In this document: positions 36,290 to 49,565 of the stretch, one piece after another
Layout: every line of letters starts with the position of its first letter
Position numbering within the stretch: position 1 is the first letter of the stretch
Notes under the pieces: generated by a model
Seen by the model: only the letters and a program-made list of their open reading frames with translations
Databases searched by the model: none
Told to the model about the DNA's origin: nothing
Assembly (NCBI GenBank): GCA_008632985.1
Contig: QPGO01000299.1
Location: 1-64,000 of the forward strand
Source of the DNA: Psammoneis japonica
Lineage: Eukaryota
Reading direction: 5' to 3'
DNA length: 64,000 bases
Translations under genes and position numbers: made by a program

Positions 36290-39200
36290 TGCAACAGACA
36301 GAGGGTCTGTCAGCACAATCTAATGTGCACCAAGACGACAGTGACAACAACACAGCACCAGTCAGAAAGAAAGTGAGTGGAGGAGAGATTTGATGAGATC
36401 CCCCCATCCAGATGCAGTGATGTCTGTCCACTGGGTGTGTGATTGTGAGCCACATCACAGGCATGCTTGGGTGGTGCAGCAGCAGTCGATGGTGCCTCTG
36501 GCAAGGGTGTGGGCATGTCCAGTGGTGGAATGTCATCCATGCAGTTTGTTGGCACATGCTGAGTCAATGAAGAACAACAGCTGGAAAGGGTCTTAACTGT
36601 GGGAGAAGTTGGGTGACTTGGGATCATTTTCAAGCCAATCAAAATTCTGTGGTGGGAAGCCAGGGTTACAGTGGGGTTTCTTGCAGGTGACAACCCAGTG
36701 CTTGGTGCATTGCAGGTGTCAAGAAATGCCTTTCAACAATGTGCAATGGATGTCAGCTGGGAATGTGGAAAATTTGACAGCATCATGATGGGGTGTCCAA
36801 GGTCAAGGTGGCAGCACGTGCACAGGAAGATCCATTTTGCCAAGCACATTGTGACAACCAAAATTGTGCTTCTCGGCAAGAGTGGCAATGTTGGGTAAAT
36901 GTTCAGCAGGTCTGACAGTTTCACACAGCTCTTCAATGCAATCAACTGGGATTGGAGTGGCCTTGAAGTGGGTGTTGTTCTCTTTTGGTGATGGGGATTC
37001 CCAGCCATGGGTTTTCAATGCACCTTCAATGTGGGCACATGCATTGATGGCAACTGAATCATCATTCTGGATGACATTGACTCCATTGAAACTTGTGCAT
37101 GGTCCAAGGTGCATGAAGGGGGGATTCTTTGTTTTCCAGTTGAAGGCATTTGCCAATGTGGTCAAAAATCTCAATGGCAACATCTTTGGATGGGGCTGCA
37201 AGTGCAAAGTTGTCAACTTGGCAAACAAGGAGGAGCACTTTGGCTCCCTTGCAGATGCTGGAGCAAATGCATTTGTCATGTTTTGCATTCCGGAAAAGGA
37301 GCTTGGCATCAGGAAGGATGGCATTGACATGTTTCTCCTGCAGCACACCACTTTCAGGACATCCTTGGAGTGCATGGAGCACGGGGAGGATGTGACTTGG
37401 GGTGAGTTTCTTGCCAAATTGTTTGAAGTGCCATTCTCGAAATGCAGCATTGGTCATGCAAAGACTGGATGCTTCAGACAGGGGTGAGCACACATGTGCA
37501 TCTTGTGTGTGTTCACCAAAAATCCAGCAACACAGTCCAGCACTGAGGGCAACGAACATTTGTTGCATCGCCTGTTCCACACAAGAGGAGCATGCAAAAG
37601 CAAGTTTGCACAGAGCTGGTGCAGCTTTGTTGGATCCATCTCCACATTGTCGGGAGCATCATTTGCTGGTTGTCTTCATGATTTGGTGGCCAATGGGGGT
37701 GCACAACAGTGACTCCTTTTGGGCAGGGTTGTGGTGGTCCACACATTCCCAGCTCATGGAACTGATGGAGTTGCTTGTGCTCCCCAGCTTCCCATTCTGG
37801 CCAAGTGGACAGTTTCTACAAACAGTGGTGGGTGAAATGGTCCAGCCCTTGCTCTTCTTCCATCACAGCAGTGCAAGAGATGGAGTTGATGTGTACATGG
37901 AAATCGTCCATTGGGATGGCCTCACCTCAGGGACATGCTTGTCAGGTAGATTGGCCTCAGGTGTGAATCTCATTGATGTTCCTTCATGGTGCATTGCAAC
38001 TGGTGGGAGTCCAGGTGGTGTTCAGGGGCAAAGGTTGTCTTGAAAGTTGGGGTCTCCTCCTGGAATGCTTGGCAGAGTGCATGTTCAGCATCGTCCATGA
38101 TGAACACATTGTGCTTGTTGATGGAGACAATGCATGTGCCCATGATCTTGTTCCTTGTGACCCTTGGGTGGAGAACAGAGCAGCAGCAGGGGATCAGTCC
38201 TTGATTCCGGATGCACAGACTCTGTCAATGAGTTCACAGTTGGACAGATCAAAACCACATGTCCAATCGCTTGGTTTTCATTTCACAGTGCAGGCAATGG
38301 CAGCAGCAAATGGGTCAGCACAGGTGTGAAACTGTGGCACACTTGTTGCCTCTGTTTCAGCCAGGAATGGAGTGCCTTGTTCAACATGTTGTGGATGTGT
38401 GATGTTTGGGGGCACTTCATCAAGGGGCAGGTCATTCATGCCTCGTCACAGCACATGTGGGTCATTTGCTTGACTTTGTTGGCAGCGGGGTCCCACCACA
38501 ATGCATTCTTGGCAGTGTCAGGGATGCAGCCAAGGAAAGTGCCTTTCTTTGACATGGTCTTGAGCTTGGCTTCACCGCCATTGGGTGGGATGATCCACAC
38601 ACGGCATCCAAAAGTGCAGAGTGAGGAGAAGTGTTCTTTCCTGCCAGTGGCTTTGGTGATGGGAGCCACTTCTTGGTCTCAGGATGGTGCAACATTCTTG
38701 ATTCGGATGAAATGGTCAAAAGCATGTGGCCAAAATTGGGTTGGGAGGTTGGCTCCGATGAGGAGTGTGAACTCCATTTTCAATTGTAAGATGTGAGCTT
38801 TCAACTGGTCAACATTGTTCAGAGGCACCAGCATGGTGCACCAGAGGGCTGAGCAATTTTTTTCTGCCAAATGTCCATTTTTTTCTGGTGGGCCCCACCA
38901 CTGAGAATGATGCTGATGTGCAAGGTGGCAGCCATGCTAACTCAACAAGCACCACTCAGTTTCAGCACTGCAAATTCGCCTTTGGCATGCCACAGCCAGA
39001 AACCGCGGAAACCACCACACCATGGCAACTCTACAGTCACTGCTTTCTCAATGGCATTGCCTTCAAGAGCCACAACAATCAACAACATTTTGTGTCTTGT
39101 GAACTTGTGTGTGGTGGAATTCACATGTGAGAGTGTAACAGGCTTGTTGTTGACTGGTGCGGTCGAAAAGCTGTGGGCAAAAAATTGAACATTTTAGCTG

Positions 39201-42200
39201 TTCTTTCTGCTGCTGTCAATTAACATCAAAGCACAGCAAGGCACACACATGTGAAGTTAATTGCATGCTGTCAGCACATGTCAGCGTCATGGTGAGTTTA
39301 TGGCTGTTGATGGAGCACAGTGCGTTTGCAGTTGCCATTGTCATCGTGTTTCGACAAGTCATGGAAAATTTGAAATCTCAAGCATTCGTGTCTGAAGGCA
39401 TGCAATGGCATGCAGGTTCTCCACATGTAAAACATTACACTGTGTGCAGAGCACGTGCATTTTTTGCATGTTCTAAGTTTGTGAACAAACAATGCATTGG
39501 CATTGATTGCCCAATGTGATGCACGTTAATGTCCACACACAAACACCAGGCTTACAGCCAGCAAAAAAAATGTGGATGTTTGGTAAAAAAAAAACAGGTG
39601 GGGCTGGAGGGGCACAAGTCACAATCAAAGTTGTCTTCAATGAGTTTTCAAACTTTGGGGTTCTTGTGTGATTTGCCACCTTGGTCCATGAATGAACATT
39701 TGTCACGACAGTTCGGGGAGTGCTTGTTGAGGAATTTCCAAAGCCAATTTACTGGGCTCCCTTTTGAAACACAAGCCATGGAGCATGTGAGTGTGATGGT
39801 CACAGACGGTGATTCAACATGATCCTCCATTGAAACCACCAGCATGGTCTGCTGTGCATTTGGAAGACTGTCCAGCAAATGAAAAGTCAATGGCAAGTCC
39901 TTGGTGGGGTTGCATGGCTGTGCAAGTGCTGTTGGGTCCGGTGGCTGTCTTGACCTGTTTTGCTTGGATGCATGCAGGGCATGCATGGAAGATGTGGCTT
40001 TCATGAGCAAACCTGGGTGCTCCCTTGATGTGCTTGTGAGCATTGTAAAGGTGGTGGTCACTGGGGTGGCCAAGACATTAGTGCCACAAGAGTCATTCAG
40101 TTTCAATGCAAAGAGACTGGATGGGGGTGCAAGTCGTTGCTGCTGTGGCAAGTCCATTGGTGGGCAGGTTGGATGGATGCAATGGCAGTGCATCACTGGC
40201 AGTTGAAGGTGCGGTGTCTTGTTGTTGTTGGGTGTCAATGCAGAAGGTTGCTTGTTTGCAGGCTTCTTCAAAATCTGATGCATCTTGGCAGGAGGTCTGC
40301 TGGGATTGGGCGCAGGCTTGTTCTGTCATGGGTGGGATCAACTCATGGGTGAATGCCTTTCCCTGTTGCAGTGCACCAGGTTCAGTGACTTCAAGGGCCT
40401 TTGGATCTCAGGGCATTGCTGTGTAGATGCATGTGCCAGTGTCATGTGATTTCTCAAGTGATTCTGAGGTGATGTTGGTCAGATCCATGCTGAAGGGGGC
40501 AGTGAAGTCACTTTCATCAATGAGGGCAGAGCAAAGCTTGGGGTGGTAAAAAGTGCAAATGGAGATGCAGCCTTCTGGCATGGTTGCTGAACATGCAAGC
40601 ATCCAATGTAGTGGGGCATTTTGTCTGATCCTTGTGTTGCTGGTTGCATCTTGACAGGACATGGGTTGCTTGGACTGAACTGTTGGCATTTGTGGAGGAG
40701 GTGCTGGTGTCCAGTGCACAACACCCATGTGCCCATGTCAACCTGAGCTCTGCAGATGGCAGAGTCAGATGTGAGATGGTTTGCAGGGATGATGGGTGTG
40801 CTCAGTTCTGCAAAGGGTGCATGAGGGGTGGTGGATGGCAAAAAAGGTGAGACATGAATGGAGCTCAGTGGGCACATGTTCATTTGCTCTTGCATGTCCA
40901 AGCATTCAAACATTTCATCAAGGAATCTTGGTTCTGCAGGTTCTTCTGGTTGTTCAATGTCTTTCTCTGCTGGATTGGGGTCACTCCCTTGATCTGCAAT
41001 GATGGGGTCATTGTCAGCAAGGGTGATGGGATCTGGAGTGTTGGCATGCACCTCATGTGCAACATTGCCAGTCTTGTCAGCTGGAGAAAGAGCTGGTTCA
41101 GTGGCAAGCAGCATGTCGGTGTGACTCTCTTTTGCAGCCACCCCCAATGTTGGTCTTTGTTGAAGCTTGGTGGAGTGGGTGGTGTTGCTTGTCCGAATTT
41201 GGTGATGACCCGGGTGAAAATTTTGATGATCATCCTGCCGGCCTTCAGAATCCATGTTGTGAGCACGCAGGTCACATTGGACAAATTGGCAGAATCGGAT
41301 GAGGTGTGATCAAAGGCACTCTGCATTGTTGGGATGGGACAAGCAGCAAAAAGGTGTGGGTCTCCACACACCATGCATGAGTGGTTCTGTGTTTTGTCCA
41401 GTGTCTTGATTCTGCAGATTGCTGCCTTGCAAATGCCGTGCAGTTCTTGGGCATCATCGTCTTCTGGAATTTCCACAGTGGGCACCTTGCTGATCAGCGA
41501 GTCTTGGAGGGTGCAGAGTCAACTTCATCAATGGGGGCACCTGCTGGTGGTTGGCACTGTTGGCATGGGTCATGAATGAACAGGTGAAGAGGGGTGCTTT
41601 GGGGGGCCTTGTTGCAGTTCAGGGCTGTCAGGTTCCTTGAGGATGGAAGTGGGCATCTCCACAATCTTCTTTGTTGCAGAGGTGCTTCTTGTTCATGTCT
41701 TTACATGCCTCAGCTGTCTTGCAGTGTGGGAACTCGCTGTGTCAGGCATTGCTGACAAAGATGTCAAAGACATGCCTGGATTGTCCAAAGCAGTGTCTGC
41801 ATCTTTGATGATGGCTGCAGGAAATTTTGAGCTTGGTGGCATCAAGTCATTCTGCATGGTGCACATCTTGAACATTTCAAAAGGTTGCTCATGCCAGGTG
41901 GGGTGGCAGTCAAAGATTTCCATCTCCAGAGCATTGACGGATGATGTCAGGGAACTTTGAGGTGGACGGGAATGCATCCTTTTCTTGCAGGCACTGACAG
42001 ATGATGGTTTTCATTCGTTCTGGCTGGATGAGCATGCAGAGTGACAGGTCATCAGTTTTTGTGCTCCCGGTGGTAAATCACCATTTGTCATGGTCTTTCA
42101 CAAAGCACCACAGTGGATGAATGTGTGTTCCATGGGCCACAGTGACTTTGGTGAGTGTTGCACACCATGATCAGATTCCTTGAGGGGAAATGTCATCGCA

Positions 42201-43500
42201 GACAATTGATTGGTGCAGGAATGCCTTGGCATCCCATTCAATGGCATTGATGCACAGTGTGCCATCTGCAAAGATGATGTGGTCGGTGCCATCGATGCAG
42301 TGCGTGTGTCCATTGGTTGGGGCAAGGCTGCTAAAGAGGGTGGTTGGTCCTTTCTGTTTGCGCTCACATCAATCTTTGACATCGGTGGGCAGACCTGTGG
42401 GATTGAACATGAACACAAGGGTGGATCTGTTGGAAGAGATGGGGGGTGCTGGTGTTTGTTGGTGTCTTCTTCACAGCACATTCAACAGTGTCTTTACAGA
42501 GCTTGGGGCCTGGGATGTGCTTGGCCAGTGCCTTGGTGAACTCTTCAGCTGTTCCGGTGGGGGTGCCACTGGTTGCTGGGCACTGACTTGGTGTCCTTGG
42601 CAGGCTTTTTAGTGTCAGTGGTGAAGGGGGCAGTGCTGACATGATGCCAGTTCTCTCATTCATGTTTCTCTTCACCAAAATGAAGGTGGTGAGCACTGAC
42701 CATGATGGTGATCATGTCTTCTCCAGCATTGACAGCTGCAGTCATTGCCTTGTTGAGTGTTGGTTGTTTCAGTTGGGTCTTGCATTTTCCAGGTGCATGA
42801 ATGTAGAGAACAGCTTCTTCAATGACAGGCCAATGCGTTTTACATCTTCAGTCATCGTGGCTTGGGGCATGAGTGCTTCATTGACCAGCTCTTGGTGCAA
42901 GATCTTGACAACATTGTGGCAGAGGTTGGGAGGTGCACATCCATCCAGAATGACTGAAGCGTGCAGAATTTTGTCTGAGCATGTGTTGTTTGGGCAAGCA
43001 TGGGCATCAGGATCACTGGAGTTGGGTCCAAATTCAAAGAGTGTGGACTCTGTCTGTGTCAAATCAACAGTGTCAGTTGATGAAGTGGTCATGGTGGTGC
43101 ACAAAAAATCCTGTGCAGAGCTCTGGCATGTGCTCTACGATGGTCCTGTGTTCACAGTTGGTGGGGAAAACTTGTGAGATGGAGATGGCATTTTCTTGAT
43201 GAAAATGGCACTCCGTGGCAAAGATTTTGCTTTGTGCAGGTGTTCTGATGACAGAGGAATGGCATGATGTGGTCACAACGTAACAGACAGAGGGTCTGCT
43301 GGCACAATCCAATGCACACTGGGACAGTGATGACAATGCGGCAGCACTGGTCAGAAAGAAAGTGAGTGGAGGAGAGATCCAATGAGATCCTCCACTGTCT
43401 GGGTGCACCAACATCTGTCTGCTGGGTGTGTGACTGTGAGCCATGTCACAGGCACACACAACTCATCACTCATGACTCGGTCAGGAGCTGTCTGATTGCA
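36290..43500 (-). mobile_element. Nested minus-strand Ty1/Copia element (RQVDD-type RT), decayed, with a deletion joining RNase H to a partial 3' LTR
   Basis: LTR-like direct repeats at 36290-~36466 and 43280-~43500. The minus strand has gag, a zinc knuckle CMVCGDPHLFAACP (about 41380), protease AQVDMG (about 40740), LWH*CLGHP...CPACIQAK (about 40090-39960), integrase FMDQGG / GANLPTQFWPHAF / LCTFGCRVW, RT ALQGCPESG / CQVDNF and RNase H FIDSACAN..STTGHA. Confidence 0.8.
38835..39597. mobile_element. MITE-like non-coding element inserted in the integrase of the minus-strand Copia
   Basis: It interrupts the integrase between ...DCDLCPS and ASEQ..PVESSH. It has imperfect subterminal inverted repeats (tttttttctgccaaatgtccatttttttctgg at about 38857 versus ccagcaaaaaaaatgtggatgtttggtaaaaaaa at about 39558-39594). 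A second, inverted copy lies at 54555-54897. Confidence 0.7.
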
Positions 43501-46137
43501 GTCTGTGTTGGTGTTCAGGGTGCACTTTCCCATGCTTGTTCATTTGTCCTTAGCCCACAACTGCATCACCCAGTGCATGACTTCAAATGAGGCATCAAAC
43601 ATGACCCACATGCCTTTGTGACTCTCAATCCCAACAAGCAGTGGCACACATGGCACACCTCCATCATTGCACAGGCCTGCTCCCAGGATGTTGACTGCAC
43701 TCTTGATGCAAAGTGCAAGCCCTCTACACCCAAAGACAAGGCATTGTTTGCTGAACAACAGAGGTGCATGTTTGCCATCTTTGAATGTGTCTTGCAAAAT
43801 GACAAAGGTGGGGCACTTGTTTGTGAGCATGTGGACTCATCTGATGCCCAAGCCATGTGTGACAAGCTCTCTGAGTGTGCTCTTGCATCCACCCATGCAT
43901 CACTTGAGTTGTCAACCCTTCTCACACACCTGGCCACTGCTCGTCTCAGTGATGGCACCTGGAAGAGATTCACCCAGGCCTTCACACTTCACCAGCAAGA
44001 CCAACTCCACAAGCACAAAGCCCTGTTCCCGACTTCAGACCACTTCTCTGCTGGCCAGAAATGCATCATGCTGGAGAATGCTGTCCACCCTGTCGAAGAA
44101 CTTCGTTCCATCAAAATTCAGGCTGTTGCACACAGAATGGCACAAGCCTCTCCCACAAGCAATGTTGTGAGCTCCTGCTTTCTGCAGCAGTGCAATGCAA
44201 CAGCAGCACTTCCACACCCAAGATGGCCTCTTGTGCCATGCCGTCTGTGCCCATGACCTGGCCCCTGATGACCCTGATGAAGATGCATTCTTTGACATTC
44301 ACAGCAACATTGATGTCATCCAAACTCATGCCTCTCAGACTCATGGCGCCCCACTCTCACCAAGGAACAGTGGCATGGCATCCCGCCAGATCACCACCAG
44401 CACCTTTGGGACACCCTCCCTCACTCCACCAAGGCTGTCATCCTTGGCTCGTGCACTGCCTGCACCAGCAACTGCCATGACTCACAGGCTGTTGACCTTC
44501 ACAACCTCCATCTGGGAAGTGACAGCAACATTGACTTTTCTGCCAAAACCCATGACCTTGCATCAGCTCCTGAACCATCTGATGCTGCAGATGATGTGGC
44601 AGATGCTGACCCCATCCTTGTGCACCTTGCAAAGCAACTCTGCCACCTGGCAATCTACAATGTCTCCTTTCACCCGACAAACCCCCTTTGGCCCACTCTG
44701 GCAAGAACCCCCCTGGCTTGAAGTTCTCACATGGCACTGCCACTGACATTGAAATCAATGGACACACTTGTCATTGTGTCAACAATCACAATGTTGTCCG
44801 CTTTGCTTCCACTCACAACTTGACATGCACAGGTGCTCTGGTGGATCTAGTGAATCATGGCATCAATGGCAGAATTGCTGGTGATGATGTTCATGTCATC
44901 GTGCACACTGATCAGCAGGTTGACATGCAAGGCATTGACAACCACCAGCTTGTCAACATTCCCATCGTCACTGCAGTGTCTTCCACATGAAATGCAGACC
45001 TGCCATTGCCTTCCTTCACCAGTGTGCCTCTGCACTGGAAAGGGCAAGACCATTCATTCTTGCAGCCAGCTCAAGTGGTGCAAGCATGATGTCAATGACC
45101 AGTCCATCAAGATTCCCAATGGCCTGCAACACATCACCACCATCGATGGCTGTGTCATTCCCATCAACATCAAGGGCGGCCTGCCGCACATTGCCATGTG
45201 TCCATGCACCAATGATGAATGGAATGTTCTGCCCCATGTTGTCATCACTGGTGATGACACCTGGGAACCATCTGTGCTTGACAAAAAGTTCATTCTGATG
45301 ACAAGAAATTCACAATGCGATGCTTGTGGACTCCATCCTTGACAATCACATCCTCCCCCACATCTGATTTCTGCTGTGAATGCCACAAATGTGATGGCAC
45401 CCCCAACAATCCTGACTGTGAGTCCCTGCACCCCTGTTGTGGTTTCCTCCCAAAGGACACTGATCCCTGCACTTTTGATTGCATGACCCAACATGCCAGC
45501 ATGCCCGGGCGGCATGCACCTGAAAAAGGCACACAAGTTGCCCAACCCAGCTCTCAATGTTCACTGGCACAATGAACCCATTGCCACTGACACCATGTGC
45601 TCTGACACTCCCGCCATTGACTCCAGATGTGTCAGTGCACAGCTCTTTGTCAGCACAGAATCCCTCATCACTGATGCATGTGGCACCAAGATGGACAAGG
45701 AATTTGTTGACACAGAAAACATTCACAACTGTGGTGCTCCATCCAAGCTCATCAGCAATCATGCTCAAGTTGAGATCAGCAACAAGGTCCTTGGCATCCT
45801 CCATGCTCTCTTCACATCTGGTTGGCAAGCAAGCCCCATCAACAGCACCAGAACTTTGCTGAACACCGCTGGTGCCAAACTGTGAAGAACATGGCCAACA
45901 CCATCGTGAATCATCTCGGCTCCTTGGCCCACACCTGGCTCCTTGCTCTCATGTGCCTGTGTTTTGTGCTCAACCACATGGGCATCTGCCAAGCTCCACT
46001 GGCATGCTCTCACTCTAAAGTGCTGTCTGGATCAATTCCTGACATTAGTCCCAACTCCATTTACAATGGTGGGAACTGTGCACTGCCACCTGGATGATTC
46101 CGACTGGCCATCTGAATCCCGCGAGTTGCAAGGTTGC

Positions 46138-46591
46138 TTCATTGGCATTGCCAAACACGTGGGCCATCAAGTGACCTTCAAGATTCTCTCTGATGACTCC
46201 CAGAAGATTTTTTGCCGGTCTGACATCCATTCTGCTGCTGGTGACCCGTTGATGCACAATTTCTTCCTGATGGGGAGTCTGCTGCACCCATCATCAAATC
46301 CCATCACAACTCCAAGGATTCCCCAAATTTGTCAGATGGGAAGGAGATCAGGATGCCCAAGATGACAGTCTTTGACCCTGAGGACATTGTCGGACACACT
46401 TCATTGGCATTGCCAAACATGTGAGCCATCAAATGACTTTCAAGGTGCTTTCTGATAACACTCAGAAGATTTTTAGCTGGTCCAACATCCGTTCTGCTGC
46501 CCATGACCCGTCAGCTTGAAATTTGCATCTTGATCCTCCTGATGGGGAGTCTGCTGCACCCATCATCAAATCCCACTGCGACTCTGAGGAT
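46138..46591 (+). repeat. Internal duplication (~185 bp twice) in the Copia integrase C-terminal region
   Basis: ttcattggcattgccaaaca...cctgatggggagtctgctgcacccatcatcaaatccca...ggatt occurs at 46138-46320 and 46400-46591. Confidence 0.85.
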
Positions 46592-49565
46592 TTGCTGGAT
46601 TCACCAAGCTGTGCACTTGTTTTGTGCCACACCATGCTGCAAGTGCAGGCATTGAGTGTTCCAGGACTGCAAGCATGCCCCTCAGCCCTTGATGGGTGCA
46701 ATGGCAGCCACAAGTGGGGAGATGCAACAGATCTTGAGATGACTCAGCTTGGTGAGTGTGAGGTCTTCCATGATTGTGGACAACACAAGGACTCTAGCAC
46801 CCCAGCAGGACACAAGAAGATTCAGGTGCACTTTGTCCATGACATCAAACATGATGGCAGGCACAAAGCATGACTTGTTGTTGATGGACACCTCACAGAC
46901 ACACCTGTCAACAGTGTCCACTCTGGGGTGGTGTCCCTCTGTGGCCTCTAACTGATGATCTTCCTAGCCAAATTCAATGAGCTGGAGACATGGGTGACCA
47001 ACATTGGCAATGCCCACTTTGAAGCTGTGACCAAGGAGAAAATGTGCATTGTTGCAGGCCCCGAGTTTGGAGAATTGGAAGGACACATCCTTGTCATCCA
47101 CAAGGCTCTGTGTGGCCTCCACAGCTCCAGCCTCAGGTGGCACAAGTGTTTTGCCAATTGCCTTTGAGCTGAAGGATTTTTCCCATGCTGTGCCAAACCC
47201 ACATCTGGTTGTGCTGAAATGGCATCAGAGGCCGCAACACAGTTGTGTTCAATTCTCTATGTGTCATTTTTGACAATTAACGTCATGTGTGTTAATCTTT
47301 TATTTCAAAGTTTTGCATGCAAAAGGCAACATCACACTGCCTTTATTTGACGCATTTTATTTGGACGTTTGTCACCTGTTTCTTTTCATTCATGTTTGAC
47401 AATTAATTTAAAGACTTCCTTTGCTTGAATCTGATGCATTGCAATTTGATGGTGACATTGCTTTTATTGTCAAACGTTGTCTTTGAGAGTTGTTTTCAAT
47501 GGCTCCAACTTGCACATGCCTCACCGCAGTGGCTGGCACACCCTCTGTGCCCAAGTCACTCCCATTTACACTTCTCGCCTCATTTTTCCAGCACTTTCCA
47601 GAATTTTAGTGCCTGGCTCTCTACCCGGTTTCGAGCACACATTCTACATGCACAATCATCTGCGCATTTCATGACAGCACATCCTCTCCCCAAACTACAT
47701 TTGACCAGAGCATGCACTGTTGTGATTCACGCACATTCTACGCAAATCACAACTGACTTCTTGCCATGGCAGTCGATGATTTTACCCCATCCCATGATGA
47801 GGTTGACCCCAACCCATCCTTCCAATTTCCCGATGAGGTTGATTTTGATGACATGGAATGTTCAACCAATGGATTTGGAATGGAGTTGTTTGGTCCCAAG
47901 CTCAAAAGCATGCTTTCAACGTGTGCATCCAAAAAGCAGTTTTTGGAGACAACAAAATGGACTCCCTCTCCGCAATTCCTCGCTTTTCCTTTCCTTTGCC
48001 ACAAGCCAAAGTGACGTCAAATTCCACATGTTGCAGAAATTATCCACACCAACAATGTCATCAGGAAACCTCTTGGATGCCCCGATGTTCGGTCTCACAT
48101 CAAGACTCGTGGTTGGTCCCTGAAGAAATCCCATGCACTGAAAGGTCAATGTGTTCTTCCTTGTCAAAATTTGGACGAAGCTCTCTGTTTCTCCAAAATG
48201 CCCGGAGAGACAGTCAAAGAAGAGGAGCATGGCATGCAACTTCACTGCAACATCAAAGCAATGGTAGAATTTGTTTGCATGATCATCACCGGTGACAACC
48301 CAAATGATCCTGTTTCTGGCAAGCCTTGTTTCCATTTTTTACAGTGCAAAAATCTCCAATCATTGATCAATGACCATGCACAAGACCTTCACGTTGCATT
48401 CTTTGTTGCCAAAATTGTCATGCATCATGTCCAGTGCAAACAAAAAGACTTTGACTGTTGGTTCATGCAGATCTTCTGCCATGTCAACACCCAAAAGGAG
48501 TGGCACATGTTTGTTGACAGCTTTCCAGTCACATGTGATTCTAACAACCTGGGATCCCAGGTGGATGAGATCAAGGAATTCCTTGTGCCAGACAAAATCG
48601 GTGACAAAGAATTCTGTGACAATGGCAGGTGATTCCCTTGCCCATTGGGAGGCGCACGAAGAAAAAATCAAATGCATGTTGAATCATGAATTTGGGAAGT
48701 GCTGTCCCAAGGAGCAACCTGGTGCATGACCCAGGTGTGGCAAGTTGCTCACAATTCTTGATTGCAGAATGCATGATGAGAGGGCTGACTGCATGGATGA
48801 TGACAACAAATGAAAACATCAATCCAAAGCCAAATGCAAAATCAGGAGGACCTGCAAAGATGGCACCTGTTTGCATGACGGCAGGCCCACTCCCCCCATT
48901 TTTCCTTCACCTCCTGCGTGCATGTGTTGTCTCATGTTTCCTTTTTCCCTGTTGTTTTTACATGCCCCACAAGAGCCTTCCTTGGCTGTCCCCAACAAGA
49001 AGTCCAGGACTGTATCACGCTTGAGCCCGGCACATTCTCCAGCATCCGGCGCAACGTGCCGTCGTCCAGGGAGGTGCACCGCACTCTCACCACCAACCTT
49101 CCCACTTTGGCAGAAACTGTGGATCATGCAAAATCCTCTTCTTCCCCAAAAGGTCCTCCCTCCAAGCTGCCTGCCTCTTGGCCTGTTGTTGCTGCAAATT
49201 GCTCTGTCATTGCATCTCCTCCACCAGACCCCAATGACATGTCATGGCTGGACAAGTCTACCCTCCACCAGCACTTTGACCCATCCAAGTGCTGATCTGT
49301 CACATCAGAGGAAGTTGCTGCCCATGTGCAATGCCTTCACATCATTGACAAGGTGACCAACACTGAGCATGTGCTGCACCATTCCACCGCCGACTTTTAC
49401 CTTGCAGACAACCTGAGGGAAAACTGGCACATTTTTCCAACAAAACCCCCACAAGCAATCCCACCACTGCCGCTTGTGTCAGAGCTGAGCACCCTCCTCA
49501 CCTGGATCACCACTCAGACGAACTCTTCATAGCCCAACAAGCAAACTCTCTGCACAAAGGGCACT

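Noticed and set aside
36285..43505. Target-site duplication for the minus-strand Copia, and for the 35582-54552 element
   Set aside because: The flanks do not match (ttgat versus gtctg; ctccc versus a disrupted end), so the exact ends remain approximate.
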